Shown: positions 10,405 through 20,283 of the stretch, in pieces
Layout: each line of letters opens with the position of its first letter
How positions within the stretch are numbered: the first letter of the stretch is position 1
Assembly (NCBI GenBank): GCA_029856045.1
Contig: JAHQWG010000028.1
Coordinates: forward strand, 160,001-224,000
Length of the DNA: 64,000 nt
Direction: 5' to 3'
From: Promethearchaeia archaeon
GTDB taxonomy: Archaea > Asgardarchaeota > Lokiarchaeia > Sigyniarchaeales > SOKP01
Notes under the pieces: generated by a model
Seen by the model: the letters and a program-made list of their open reading frames with translations, nothing else
What the model was told of the DNA's origin: nothing
Database searches by the model: none
Position numbers and translations under genes: made by a program

Positions 10405-12372
10405 CTAAGCTATATCTTCCAAAAATCCAGCACCTATTCTATTAAAAATTTCACCATATTTTGCTCCAAATTTCTGCCCTATTTCACCATATACTAATTT
10501 AGCTAATAAATTCACTTTGATAGCAATAGGAACATCTTCTTCTAACAACTCAATATATAATCGATTTGCCCGCGCAAGTAATTTATTCTGAAAGAAAAAG
10601 TTTTTCATTACCGTTTTTTGTTCGCAAACCGCTTTTATTTTATCATCAATATAATCAGTAATATCTACATTAAAATTAACAACTGTAGGATTTCGAGCAA
10701 ATAAATATCTCTCTCCTACTGTGTGGATTTCTAAACCTTCTTTAAAATGTTCGGGATAAAATAAGTCAAAAGAACTTTGCCAACATGCTTCATTAACCGC
10801 TCTGGCGGTGGTTATATGATCCATATTTTCCTCGTCTGTTCCATTTAAATCAAAAGATATAACAAGATCTGGTTTATATTTTCTCATCAAATAAACTAAT
10901 TTTCCTCGCAATTCTAAATAATCAGCTCCAGCTAATGTGTCTGTGGGATAATTTAAATGTATGATTTCTTCAGCTCCAAGAACTTTATACGCTCTTTCTA
11001 CTTCTTTTTTATTATTTTTTATTGCTTTTTCTGCGGTAATTCCTACACAATCAGCATAATCATCAGTTATTCTAACACATATTAATTTATTACCTTCACT
11101 TGTCAGTTTTTTAAGAGTACCACCCGCCCAAATAGTTAAATCGTCAGCATGAGCTGCAATTGCCATGATTTTCTTATAAACAAATAGGTTTTTAACAGTT
11201 TTTCTTATTATCTCAGCAGCTTCCGAACCAATAGATTCTAATTCATGACCAATGAATTTTTCATTGTTAATTTTATCAGCCCATTCTTTGGTTTTTAACT
11301 TGAATTGCTCCAGTGGGATAAAGTAACCTAATGCATCATTTGAAAGACTAACGAACATAATTTCCTTATCTTTATTTTCTTCAATTATTTCTGAAAATAA
11401 ACCCGGAAAGGGTTCTCCTGGAATATGGATAATATGCAAATTCCCAATTCTAATCTTGCTTATAGTGCTTACTATTGTATAATCATTCATATCTCTCTCA
11501 AAAATTCCAATATTAAACAAAAGCTGAAAATCAGGATTATTTACTTTAAGATGGACTTTTTCTTCCCTTATCTCTATTTGAGTATCTTCAATTTTTTTAC
11601 CTTTCTGAAAAATTTTTTGTATTTCTATAAAAATTTCCTTAGCAAACGTTTCCATTTTCTCATATCCTTTTTCGCAATAAATTGGCGATTGGGATCCACA
11701 AAGACCTAATGCGAATAATGAAATGCCCCCATATTCCTTTTCAATCATTTCACTTATAAGACCCGGATAATCTCCAGATATTTCAACATTTTCTCGCGTG
11801 GTTATCTCTGGTTGAGCAGAATAACTCCATAAACTTGCAACTAACGTCCTATTAGTTATAAATCTTAAAATTTTAATATCTCCATTAATATCTTTCTCAG
11901 AACGATAATTTTCTATTTGTTTTTCTAAAATCGACTTAGATAAAAATAAATCAACTTCCTTTAATTCCCTCTCTGCCTCTAATACCACGGAAACAATTGT
12001 ATCAATTAAAAAAATAGAATACTTTTTGTTAATTCCTGATTTTCCAATTAGTGGCCCCCATAATCCCATTGTATCTGGACCCGCATGAGTATGGGTTGAA
12101 AAAATATAAACATTTTTTGGTTGATAATCATAAGCCAAAAGTCTTTCTTTTACTTTATCAATAAAATCTGCTAAAAGTCCGATACACTCAACAGAAACTA
12201 AAGAAATCTTTTTTTCCCCATCTGAAATTACCATTGCTCGAGTATAAATTGCATTATGCACTCCTTTTATCTTAGGAGCCATCATTGTGGAATATCCGGC
12301 AATATACATATCTCCAATATCGGATGGAGGTATTATACTATTTTTAGACGCACCACATTTCAGTAAATACAT
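10405..12372 (-). CDS. Fusion of a neutral-ceramidase-like N-terminal domain and a PIG-L/LmbE deacetylase
   Basis: STHTHAGPD, ISGDYPG, IPGEPF, SLSNDALGY in the N-part; AIAAHADD..AGGT and KPDLVISFD in the C-part. Confidence 0.8.
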   Translation of the reverse strand: MYLLKCGASKNSIIPPSDIGDMYIAGYSTMMAPKIKGVHNAIYTRAMVISDGEKKISLVSVECIGLLADFIDKVKERLLAYDYQPKNVYIFSTHTHAGPDTMGLWGPLIGKSGINKKYSIFLIDTIVSVVLEAERELKEVDLFLSKSILEKQIENYRSEKDINGDIKILRFITNRTLVASLWSYSAQPEITTRENVEISGDYPGLISEMIEKEYGGISLFALGLCGSQSPIYCEKGYEKMETFAKEIFIEIQKIFQKGKKIEDTQIEIREEKVHLKVNNPDFQLLFNIGIFERDMNDYTIVSTISKIRIGNLHIIHIPGEPFPGLFSEIIEENKDKEIMFVSLSNDALGYFIPLEQFKLKTKEWADKINNEKFIGHELESIGSEAAEIIRKTVKNLFVYKKIMAIAAHADDLTIWAGGTLKKLTSEGNKLICVRITDDYADCVGITAEKAIKNNKKEVERAYKVLGAEEIIHLNYPTDTLAGADYLELRGKLVYLMRKYKPDLVISFDLNGTDEENMDHITTARAVNEACWQSSFDLFYPEHFKEGLEIHTVGERYLFARNPTVVNFNVDITDYIDDKIKAVCEQKTVMKNFFFQNKLLARANRLYIELLEEDVPIAIKVNLLAKLVYGEIGQKFGAKYGEIFNRIGAGFLEDIA

Positions 12373-12561
12373 ATTTTATTCATCTCTTTATTGTAATTAA
12401 ATAAATCTAGAATTTGTTAATAATTAATTTATTAATATCCATCTATTTTAATCTTTGATTTACATAATGATTTCATTACAAATACTCTTAAAGAAAAATC
12501 CTTAAAAACCTCATAATAAAAAAAAAATAAAAATATATATTTTAATTCACTTTTTGGAAGA

Positions 12562-13986
12562 TTAACGAGTAGATTCCTTTTTTTTCGTATGTAATTCAGC
12601 GAGCATTTTCTGGTTTTCTTCGAAACGCTTTCCGTGAATAGGATAGAAATAAAGACATACAAGTGCAATCCCAATAATAATTGTTGGCCATATACCAACC
12701 AGAAATCGGAGCCCCAAAATAACATCTACGCCTGGTTTTGGATCATACACACCCCAACCGGTTCCAGTAAAAATTATCCCTATAACTAAATAATTTATAG
12801 CGTTAGAAAATCGATTAAAAAACGCAACAACGCCATAATAGGCGCCTTCTCGTCGCACATTGATACCAGAGCGGACTTCATCGTCATCAATGATCTCAGC
12901 CATCCCTTGATCATATAGATAAAGAGTACCACCCAATCCAACGCCCATTATAGCTGTAAAGAGATAACCTGTAAATTCATCAAAAGCCATCATAAAGAGT
13001 AAAAGTGAACATGCCCAGTAAATTAATGCAGTAATATAAGATTTCCTAACTCCCCATTTTTTACGAAGCCACATCCATAAAGGTGCTGATAGAGCACCAA
13101 CCAAAAGACCAACAAACATGAGAAATCCTGGGTCTTCCATTTCGATTACAAATACTGCAAAAAATGGTACCATCGGGGGTAGAATCGCGTATACAATAAA
13201 CACTGCAAGAGCGATTACACAATATATCATGAATGCCTTATTTTTAAAGGTGATTTTATAAGATTCTTTCCACGATGGAGCACTTTCCACGTCCTTAGAG
13301 AATTCTTTACGCTCAAAGGAGCCAAATTTAAGCATTATCAAGATTGTAATTAGAACAATTATTGCAGCAATAACTCCATTAAGTAAAAATTGCCCAGAAG
13401 TCTGTGGAAGACCTTGTGTATTAGCTATATCCTCAATAATGAATTCTGGAACAAGATAGGCAATAGCAAGTCCCAGAATCGTAAAAATATTTCGCCAAAC
13501 ACCAATAGAACTCCGATCCTCAACAGTAAGAAACATTTCGGGCCATAGTGCATTAAAATTAACGGTGTAAGTTGTAAAAACAAGGTCAAATATAATCAAC
13601 ATTATGATAAAATATATAAAAATTGTAATTTCATTGCCCGTTGGGGGGCTCCACAATAGTATCATAACAATACTTAATGGAATCATAGCAAGAAAAATCC
13701 ATGGTCTACGCCGTCCCCACTTAGTTTGGGTTCGATCGGAGAAAACACCTATTATCGGATCGTTGATGGCGTCCCAAATAGACCAGAGAAGGAATCCAAG
13801 ACTAACTAACAATATTGGAAGTCCCATTACTGCATAATAGAAAGCAAATCCTAGAAATGTGAAGTTTTGTAAAGCCAAATTATCTGCTAATGTTCCAGTT
13901 GCATATGCTACTTTAGTTCCGAGACCAGTTTTCAAGGGAAATGTTATGTCTTTTTCTATGTCCGAATTTAAATTTTTTTCGGTCAT
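12562..13986 (-). CDS. MFS transporter, glycoside-pentoside-hexuronide (GPH/MelB) family
   Basis: WDAINDPIIGVFSDRTQTKWGRRRPW, IDDDE..RREGAYYG; multiple TM helices. Confidence 0.93.
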   Translation of the reverse strand: MTEKNLNSDIEKDITFPLKTGLGTKVAYATGTLADNLALQNFTFLGFAFYYAVMGLPILLVSLGFLLWSIWDAINDPIIGVFSDRTQTKWGRRRPWIFLAMIPLSIVMILLWSPPTGNEITIFIYFIIMLIIFDLVFTTYTVNFNALWPEMFLTVEDRSSIGVWRNIFTILGLAIAYLVPEFIIEDIANTQGLPQTSGQFLLNGVIAAIIVLITILIMLKFGSFERKEFSKDVESAPSWKESYKITFKNKAFMIYCVIALAVFIVYAILPPMVPFFAVFVIEMEDPGFLMFVGLLVGALSAPLWMWLRKKWGVRKSYITALIYWACSLLLFMMAFDEFTGYLFTAIMGVGLGGTLYLYDQGMAEIIDDDEVRSGINVRREGAYYGVVAFFNRFSNAINYLVIGIIFTGTGWGVYDPKPGVDVILGLRFLVGIWPTIIIGIALVCLYFYPIHGKRFEENQKMLAELHTKKKESTR

Positions 13987-14221
13987 ACTTAAAATTTCAA
14001 CATTATTATATTTATAGCTTTTATTGAAAAAACTTAGAAATAAAAAATTATAGTTGAAAAAATTGCAAATTAAAAAATCTTTCGATCAAATTAAATATGT
14101 TAAATTATCAAAAGGATTATTTAATTACCTTAAAAAGTTAAATTAGATTTATTTATCCTTCCATTAAATCATTTTAATTTTATAATGTAATTAAAAAAAA
14201 AAATTTAGAAAATTAAGAATT

Positions 14222-15529
14222 TTAATCTGCAATTAAATCATATTTGTCAATTAATTCTAAAATACCATAAACTGGTATACCGTGATTATACATTGTGTTT
14301 GCATCATCTAAATTTCGCCAGCAAAATGGACATTCTGTTAGCATGAAATCTGCACCAACAGCCTCCGCCTCATCAAGTCTTAAACTTGATGTTTTCAGAC
14401 TGAAATCAGGGTATCCCGCTCTAACTCCACCGCCCGCGCCACAACAGAAGGAATTCTCATGAATTCTATACATTTCATTAAATTTTACACCGGGTAGTGC
14501 ACGAATTATGATTCTAGGCTTCTCAAACCATTCCTCTTTCCATTTATTAAGCTTTCTCAAGTCAAATATTAAATTTTTAGACTCATCAATAATTTTTCTC
14601 TGAGTATCAATGTAAAAATGACGACCAGTATGGCAAGGATCGTGATATGTGACTACTTTTCCTTTTAATTCTGGATTTTCTTTAAATTTAATTTTTCCAT
14701 CTTTCACCATATCTGAAATTAACTCAAAAGCATGATTTGTTTTAAAGGGTAATTCTTTTTTAATCCATTTCGGATAGTCCACAGTAAAGGTTCGATAACA
14801 GCCAGCGCAAGAAAATAAAACCATTTCATATTTTTTAAAAAGTTCAAGGTTAGTGTTCATTAAATCTTGCGAAATGTCTGTTCTCCCAATCCTAAAGAAT
14901 GGGCTGCCGCAGCAAACTTCTTTTGTGACCAACGCAAAATCAATACCTAATCTCTTAAAAATTTTACAAGTAGCGACCGCAATATTTATTTGCCTATAAC
15001 TTGCAGTGCAACCAACATAATAAGCAATTTTGGCACCTTTTTTGTCCAAGTATTCTTCAAGCCCATTTTCTTTTACCCATTCAAATCGTTTGTCTTTATC
15101 TCCGCCATAAGGATTATTTCTTTCTACTACCAGCTTTGAGACTAATTCATGTTTCTCGATAAGGGGCACTCCAGAAAAATAACAAGCGGCTCGTAATGAT
15201 TCAATAATGTCGACAGTTGGGACCTTATTTTCACACTGGACTTCACACATCCCACAAGTTATGCATTGCATTATCGTATCACGGACATTTTCCGAAAACT
15301 CTAAATCTCCTTCCATAATACAACGAGCAATCCACATTCTTCCAGCATTCCAAAAACTCTCCCAGCCATATTCTAAACCACTTGGACAGCTTGGAACCAT
15401 GCCTTCATATAGGACTCCTTTATATTCTCCTACTCCTTCTCTACTTGGATCTCCACTATACGTAAACTTGCACGCCTTGCAATGAATACAACGATAAAGT
15501 TCTTTTTTCATTACTTCTAATCTTTCCAT
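14222..15529 (-). CDS. Fe-S oxidoreductase with CCG domains (GlpC/HdrD-like)
   Basis: CIHCKAC, CITCGMCEVQC, VCCGSP, YHDPCHTGR, CCGAGGG, ECPFC; GGAGG SD upstream. Confidence 0.9.
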   Translation of the reverse strand: MERLEVMKKELYRCIHCKACKFTYSGDPSREGVGEYKGVLYEGMVPSCPSGLEYGWESFWNAGRMWIARCIMEGDLEFSENVRDTIMQCITCGMCEVQCENKVPTVDIIESLRAACYFSGVPLIEKHELVSKLVVERNNPYGGDKDKRFEWVKENGLEEYLDKKGAKIAYYVGCTASYRQINIAVATCKIFKRLGIDFALVTKEVCCGSPFFRIGRTDISQDLMNTNLELFKKYEMVLFSCAGCYRTFTVDYPKWIKKELPFKTNHAFELISDMVKDGKIKFKENPELKGKVVTYHDPCHTGRHFYIDTQRKIIDESKNLIFDLRKLNKWKEEWFEKPRIIIRALPGVKFNEMYRIHENSFCCGAGGGVRAGYPDFSLKTSSLRLDEAEAVGADFMLTECPFCWRNLDDANTMYNHGIPVYGILELIDKYDLIAD

Positions 15530-15555
15530 ATCTTTTAACCTCCTCTTCCTTCAAT

Positions 15556-17046
15556 TTAAGGAAGCATTAACCTCCCTGGATGCATTATAAAATTAGGATC
15601 AAACATTTTCTTAACCTCTCTTAAATATTTTAGGTATGTACCTGCTTGAGAATACATCATTGGTGCATGGATGTAAGGATCCGGTCGATAATTTAACCAA
15701 CCTCTTTTTATGGAATATTCAGTGGTGATACGATTAATTTCTTGTACTTTTTCAAAATCTTCTTGTTTCGTTGAGTCAAAACAAATTATTGGCATACAAA
15801 TAGCTTGTCTACATCTTTCAATGCTTGCAATCCACATTACCGGTGCAATACCATGATCTTCAAGGACCTTATTATACATTTCAGCAAATTCAGCACAATC
15901 TTTCCATGGCGTATACCATGTTATAAAGAGAAATCCAGCTTCCCAGTAGCCATATGGAATTGCAATTTTATTAGGTTTCTTTAGTCTACTGGCAATTTGT
16001 TTTGGATGTAATTCTTGTTTTATTATAGCTTTTGGATCTTTACATTCTTTAGATTCCATAAATTTCTTAGCAAATTCATCAATTCTTTTTTCAGTATATT
16101 CTAATTCTTCTTGAGTTTGTGCCCAGACTTCAAAATTCATCCACCACCTAGAAAATCCAATTTCTTTATAAAATTCGTAATCATGAGGAACTTTCTCTTT
16201 AGGCCAGCGCGTCATTACAAGTGGATAATTTCCACCTTGAACCATAACACAGTGATGTGCAATTCCAAATTCTTGATTTCCAATTTGCCATGTTAAATTT
16301 TGCATATCCTGTGGGTTACTCATGCCCCAAACCACAACAGTCTTATGTTCTGGATGGGGAAAGATTTTAATTGCTACTTTTGTGATGACCCCCATAGTTC
16401 CTTGCGAGCCCATTAAGGTAGACCACAAATCTGGTCCTATCCCATATTTATAAAATGGTTTTGCCGTAGGGAGAGCCCACGAACCTGTATAGAGTATATC
16501 ACCTCTTGGAATGACTACCTCCGCTGCCATAAATATATCTCCTTGAGGCCCCATGGATGAGGTGACTAAAGAGAACCCTCGATCAATTGCATCTCCCATA
16601 ACGGTTGATGAAGGAGGAGCTCCATCGGGAATGGGAGGACAATATTCTGGGGTGTGCTTATGCATATATGCCCATAATTGACCAAGAGTTACTCCGGGTT
16701 CAATTATTGCAATTCTATTTTCGGTATCAATTTCTATTATTCTATCCATTCTACTTAAATCTAATACAACGCCTCCGGGTCTTATTAATGGGCATGCGAA
16801 CCCTCCAGATAATCCTCCAGAAATAGGCGACACTGGAATCTTCTCTTGAGAGCAATAAACAAGAATTTTTCTAATTTCTTCAGGATATTTTGGACGAATG
16901 ACGATGTCAGGGATTTGAGATTCGAGTCCCATAACGCTTTTACTAAGATAGGACGCACAGATTGCATCATTTGCAGTTGCATAATTTTTACCTACTATTC
17001 CAATCATAGCCTCCAAATCTTTATTATCAGGTTTTTTGTAGCTCAT
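15556..17046 (-). CDS. FAD-binding oxidoreductase (VAO/PCMH-fold)
   Basis: PDIVIRP, VLDLSRMDRI, EPGVT, GSQGTMGVITK, FDPNFIMHPG. Confidence 0.9.
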   Translation of the reverse strand: MSYKKPDNKDLEAMIGIVGKNYATANDAICASYLSKSVMGLESQIPDIVIRPKYPEEIRKILVYCSQEKIPVSPISGGLSGGFACPLIRPGGVVLDLSRMDRIIEIDTENRIAIIEPGVTLGQLWAYMHKHTPEYCPPIPDGAPPSSTVMGDAIDRGFSLVTSSMGPQGDIFMAAEVVIPRGDILYTGSWALPTAKPFYKYGIGPDLWSTLMGSQGTMGVITKVAIKIFPHPEHKTVVVWGMSNPQDMQNLTWQIGNQEFGIAHHCVMVQGGNYPLVMTRWPKEKVPHDYEFYKEIGFSRWWMNFEVWAQTQEELEYTEKRIDEFAKKFMESKECKDPKAIIKQELHPKQIASRLKKPNKIAIPYGYWEAGFLFITWYTPWKDCAEFAEMYNKVLEDHGIAPVMWIASIERCRQAICMPIICFDSTKQEDFEKVQEINRITTEYSIKRGWLNYRPDPYIHAPMMYSQAGTYLKYLREVKKMFDPNFIMHPGRLMLP

Positions 17047-17477
17047 AGTTTTTTCCTCGAAATTATATTTTTTATTTTTTATGACTTCTTTTCATAGTTA
17101 AATAAATTGAAAATAACATTTAGAGTAATTATTTACCAAATTTTAAATTTACTTTTTTAAAATTTAAACCATCAATGTTATTTCTCAACAAATTTTTAGA
17201 GAAAATGATTAACTCTAATGATCAAAGTTAAATATCGAGATAAAGATTCTTTAATGAAATAAAATATTGATGGTTATAAGAGAAATAAAGAATATTTTCT
17301 AAAAAAAACATAATATCTCAAAATTGCGCTACCTTTTTATTTTAAATAACTCAATCTATTCTTCTGGTACTTTCAAGGATTTTCATTATTTCAATAAATA
17401 AATCAATTTTTCTTATGAATCTTCAATTTAGATAGAAAATCTATGAAAAAATTCATATTTAAAACAATGTTCAATTA

Positions 17478-17978
17478 TTAAGCAAAATAAGTTTGGCTTT
17501 CTCTATCAAAACCCTTTACGTATTCAATCTCCATCTCACTCGGGTCTATATCAGAGGGTGCATATATTAAATGTAAATTAGGAAAATAGACCCCTAGCCC
17601 ACGTCTTGCCAAAACAACCGCTGGATGTGAAAGATTACTAAAAGTTTTTTCAGTAATCTCACGGGTAATTGTTCGACAGGCGTGTTCGTCAAAAACACCT
17701 AAAGAATGAATATATTCGTGCAGTAGGATATGATAAGTATATGCCCACACGATATTATTTGATTGTTCTGTAATTATTATTTTTAAAGGGGTTCTATTCA
17801 TTAGAATCATTGTCCCACCAGGAAAAAACATTCCACCGATAAAATTTCCTTTGAACATACCCATATCTACCAATCCCAAACTTAAACCTGCCCTATGATG
17901 TCCTACTGCTCTTCGAACATCATCTTTAACCTTTTCGAAAATATCAGGCATCTGCTCTATTAATTCTTGTAAGTTCAT
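17478..17978 (-). CDS. Small zinc metallopeptidase-like protein (HEXXH)
   Basis: ILLHEYIHSLG..DE motif. Confidence 0.75.
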   Translation of the reverse strand: MNLQELIEQMPDIFEKVKDDVRRAVGHHRAGLSLGLVDMGMFKGNFIGGMFFPGGTMILMNRTPLKIIITEQSNNIVWAYTYHILLHEYIHSLGVFDEHACRTITREITEKTFSNLSHPAVVLARRGLGVYFPNLHLIYAPSDIDPSEMEIEYVKGFDRESQTYFA

Positions 17979-18175
17979 GTATATTTTTTAAATCAATTCC
18001 GGAAATAAAAATTTATTTTCTATTTTTCATAGATTATATACCATTATTGGTTTTCAAAATAACAAAAGTCTTACTAGAGATTAATAAAAATTAACATCTA
18101 GAAATAAAAAAAAAGTCCTAAAACTCAATGAAAAGGTAAAAAAGAAAATTATAACATAAGATATCAATAATAATT

Positions 18176-18856
18176 TTACTTTTTATCATACTTTTTTAAA
18201 AATTCATCATCAATAGGTGCGGTTCCATTTCCATATATATGATATAATGCTGTTCTTCTAGCGCATTCATAAAAACTTCTATATACATCCCTTTTTAAAT
18301 CATATAGTGCGCAAGTTTCAAAAATAATAGGGTTCCATAATGATAATTTGTTAGGTGGAGAATACCATAATCCTTCTTCCTTTAAAATATGCTCAAATTC
18401 ACTGGTACCAATTGTTTCATCTAAGTCCTTTTTATTTAACATTATAACCATAGGAATTTCTTTTATTAAATCTCCTTGAGCTACTTTTTTTAATTCTTTT
18501 AATGATTCAATATTATCTTCAAAAAGATTAGTTTGAGAATCCGCAACGAATAGTACACCATCTGTTCCTTCGTATACTGTCTTTCTTAATGGAGAAAATT
18601 GAGTTTGCCCTGCAACGGTGTAAATATGGTAAAAAATCTTGGGAGTTTTTGTAGATTGAAAAATCCCTCTATCAAAGTATAAAGTAGAACCACTAGCCAT
18701 ATCTATTTTTTTTAAATCTCCTGTGGGTGTTATATCTTTCTTTTGCTCTTTTGTAAGACGATGTAGAGTGTCTACAATAGTAGTTTTACCAGAGCCTGCC
18801 ATCCCCCAGTATAATATTTTTATGTGTATTCGACCATCCTCTTCAATTCTTACCAT
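18176..18856 (-). CDS. Small GTPase, MglA-like
   Basis: KILYWGMAGSGKTT (G1), TLYFD (G2), YTVAGQ (G3), DGVLFVADSQ, NKKD (G4), ETCA (G5). Confidence 0.88.
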   Translation of the reverse strand: MVRIEEDGRIHIKILYWGMAGSGKTTIVDTLHRLTKEQKKDITPTGDLKKIDMASGSTLYFDRGIFQSTKTPKIFYHIYTVAGQTQFSPLRKTVYEGTDGVLFVADSQTNLFEDNIESLKELKKVAQGDLIKEIPMVIMLNKKDLDETIGTSEFEHILKEEGLWYSPPNKLSLWNPIIFETCALYDLKRDVYRSFYECARRTALYHIYGNGTAPIDDEFLKKYDKK

Positions 18857-19152
18857 AAAAAAATCTGCCTTTGATCGGGATTTCTTAAATTATAAAATAA
18901 TAATGATATAATCTAATTACAATCTTTTAATTTTTAATAATATTTTTTTTTTACAATAATTTTAACATAGTTTGAACATTTAAATAAAATTTATGGCTAA
19001 AAACTCAATAGGTATATTAAAATTTTATAATGAAAATCATTAAATATTTCTAATACAAAAAGTTTTCTAATAAGATCAAAATTTTATTAATATAAATTAT
19101 CTTTCTAAAAAGTGCAAAATATGTATATAATAAAAATGAGAGAGATTTCTGG

Positions 19153-19995
19153 GTGATTTTGTTGAAATCCAAATCTTTAAATATTGTCGCAATTATTGCT
19201 CATCCCGACGACCTAACATTCTTCTGTGCGGGAACAATAGCTAAGTGGGCAGAAGAAGGGCATAATATTTATGTGTTATGTTGCACAAGCGGAAATATAG
19301 GAACAGTAAGAACTGATTTAATAAAGAAACAGGTAGCCGATATGCGAGAAAAAGAACTCAGAGCTTCCAATAAAATACTTGGAGTGAAAGAGAATATAAT
19401 GTTAGGATATCCAGATGGAGGATTTATACCTGGTCCTGAACTACGAGAAAAACTCGTCTATTATGTTAGGAAACTAAAGGCAGACCGAATAGTAACTTTT
19501 GATCCTTGGGCAACTTATGAAGTTCATCCCGACCACTTAATTGTAGGACGAATGGCATCAGAGGCAGGAGCTTTCGCAGTTTTCCCATTGTTATATCCTG
19601 AACAAATTAAAGAAGGAGTGGAACCCTATACTTGCTCTGAAGTATGGTATATGGGGCTACTTGGTCACCTACCCAACTACTTTGTAGACATCTCTTCAAC
19701 CCTCGAAAAGAAAATTAATGCCATCCTAAAGTTTGAAGCCTCACTAACACTCGTAGCTCAATTATTTGCACCAAATATTGACCCTGCCAATGTTGGTCCA
19801 GAGGATCTGAAAAAATTATCCAAATATGCAAATAAATTGTTTCGTTCCATGGCGGCTGGCGTCGGACAGAAGGTTAAACTTAACGCAGCCGAAGCATTCT
19901 ATGTTCAAAAAATTCTACCTGGACACTTCGATAACTTTCAAGAGCAGATGAGGGAAATGCTGGGAAATCCTCCTGAACCACCCAAAATCTGCTAA
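19153..19995 (+). CDS. PIG-L/LmbE family deacetylase
   Basis: AHPDD, TSGNIG, REKEL, HPDH. Confidence 0.92.
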   Translation: MILLKSKSLNIVAIIAHPDDLTFFCAGTIAKWAEEGHNIYVLCCTSGNIGTVRTDLIKKQVADMREKELRASNKILGVKENIMLGYPDGGFIPGPELREKLVYYVRKLKADRIVTFDPWATYEVHPDHLIVGRMASEAGAFAVFPLLYPEQIKEGVEPYTCSEVWYMGLLGHLPNYFVDISSTLEKKINAILKFEASLTLVAQLFAPNIDPANVGPEDLKKLSKYANKLFRSMAAGVGQKVKLNAAEAFYVQKILPGHFDNFQEQMREMLGNPPEPPKIC

Positions 19996-20283
19996 ATGAA
20001 ATAATCAAGGTTAGATTTAATATAATTTTCAGCCATAAAATCAGAGATACTGATTTTATAATCAAATTGCATATCTATTTTTTTAATATTCTTTTTTTAT
20101 CAGAAAATTCATTGCAACTTAAAAATTGTTATTATTATATTATGGAGAAAAGTTAGATCAATTAGTCACTTTACAATATAAAACATTAAATAATACTTTA
20201 ACAAAAAATATTCTAATACATTTTAAAAAATTTTAATAAAAAATTAGTAAAATTCGATTTTTAAAGATACAAATAAAAAAAAA

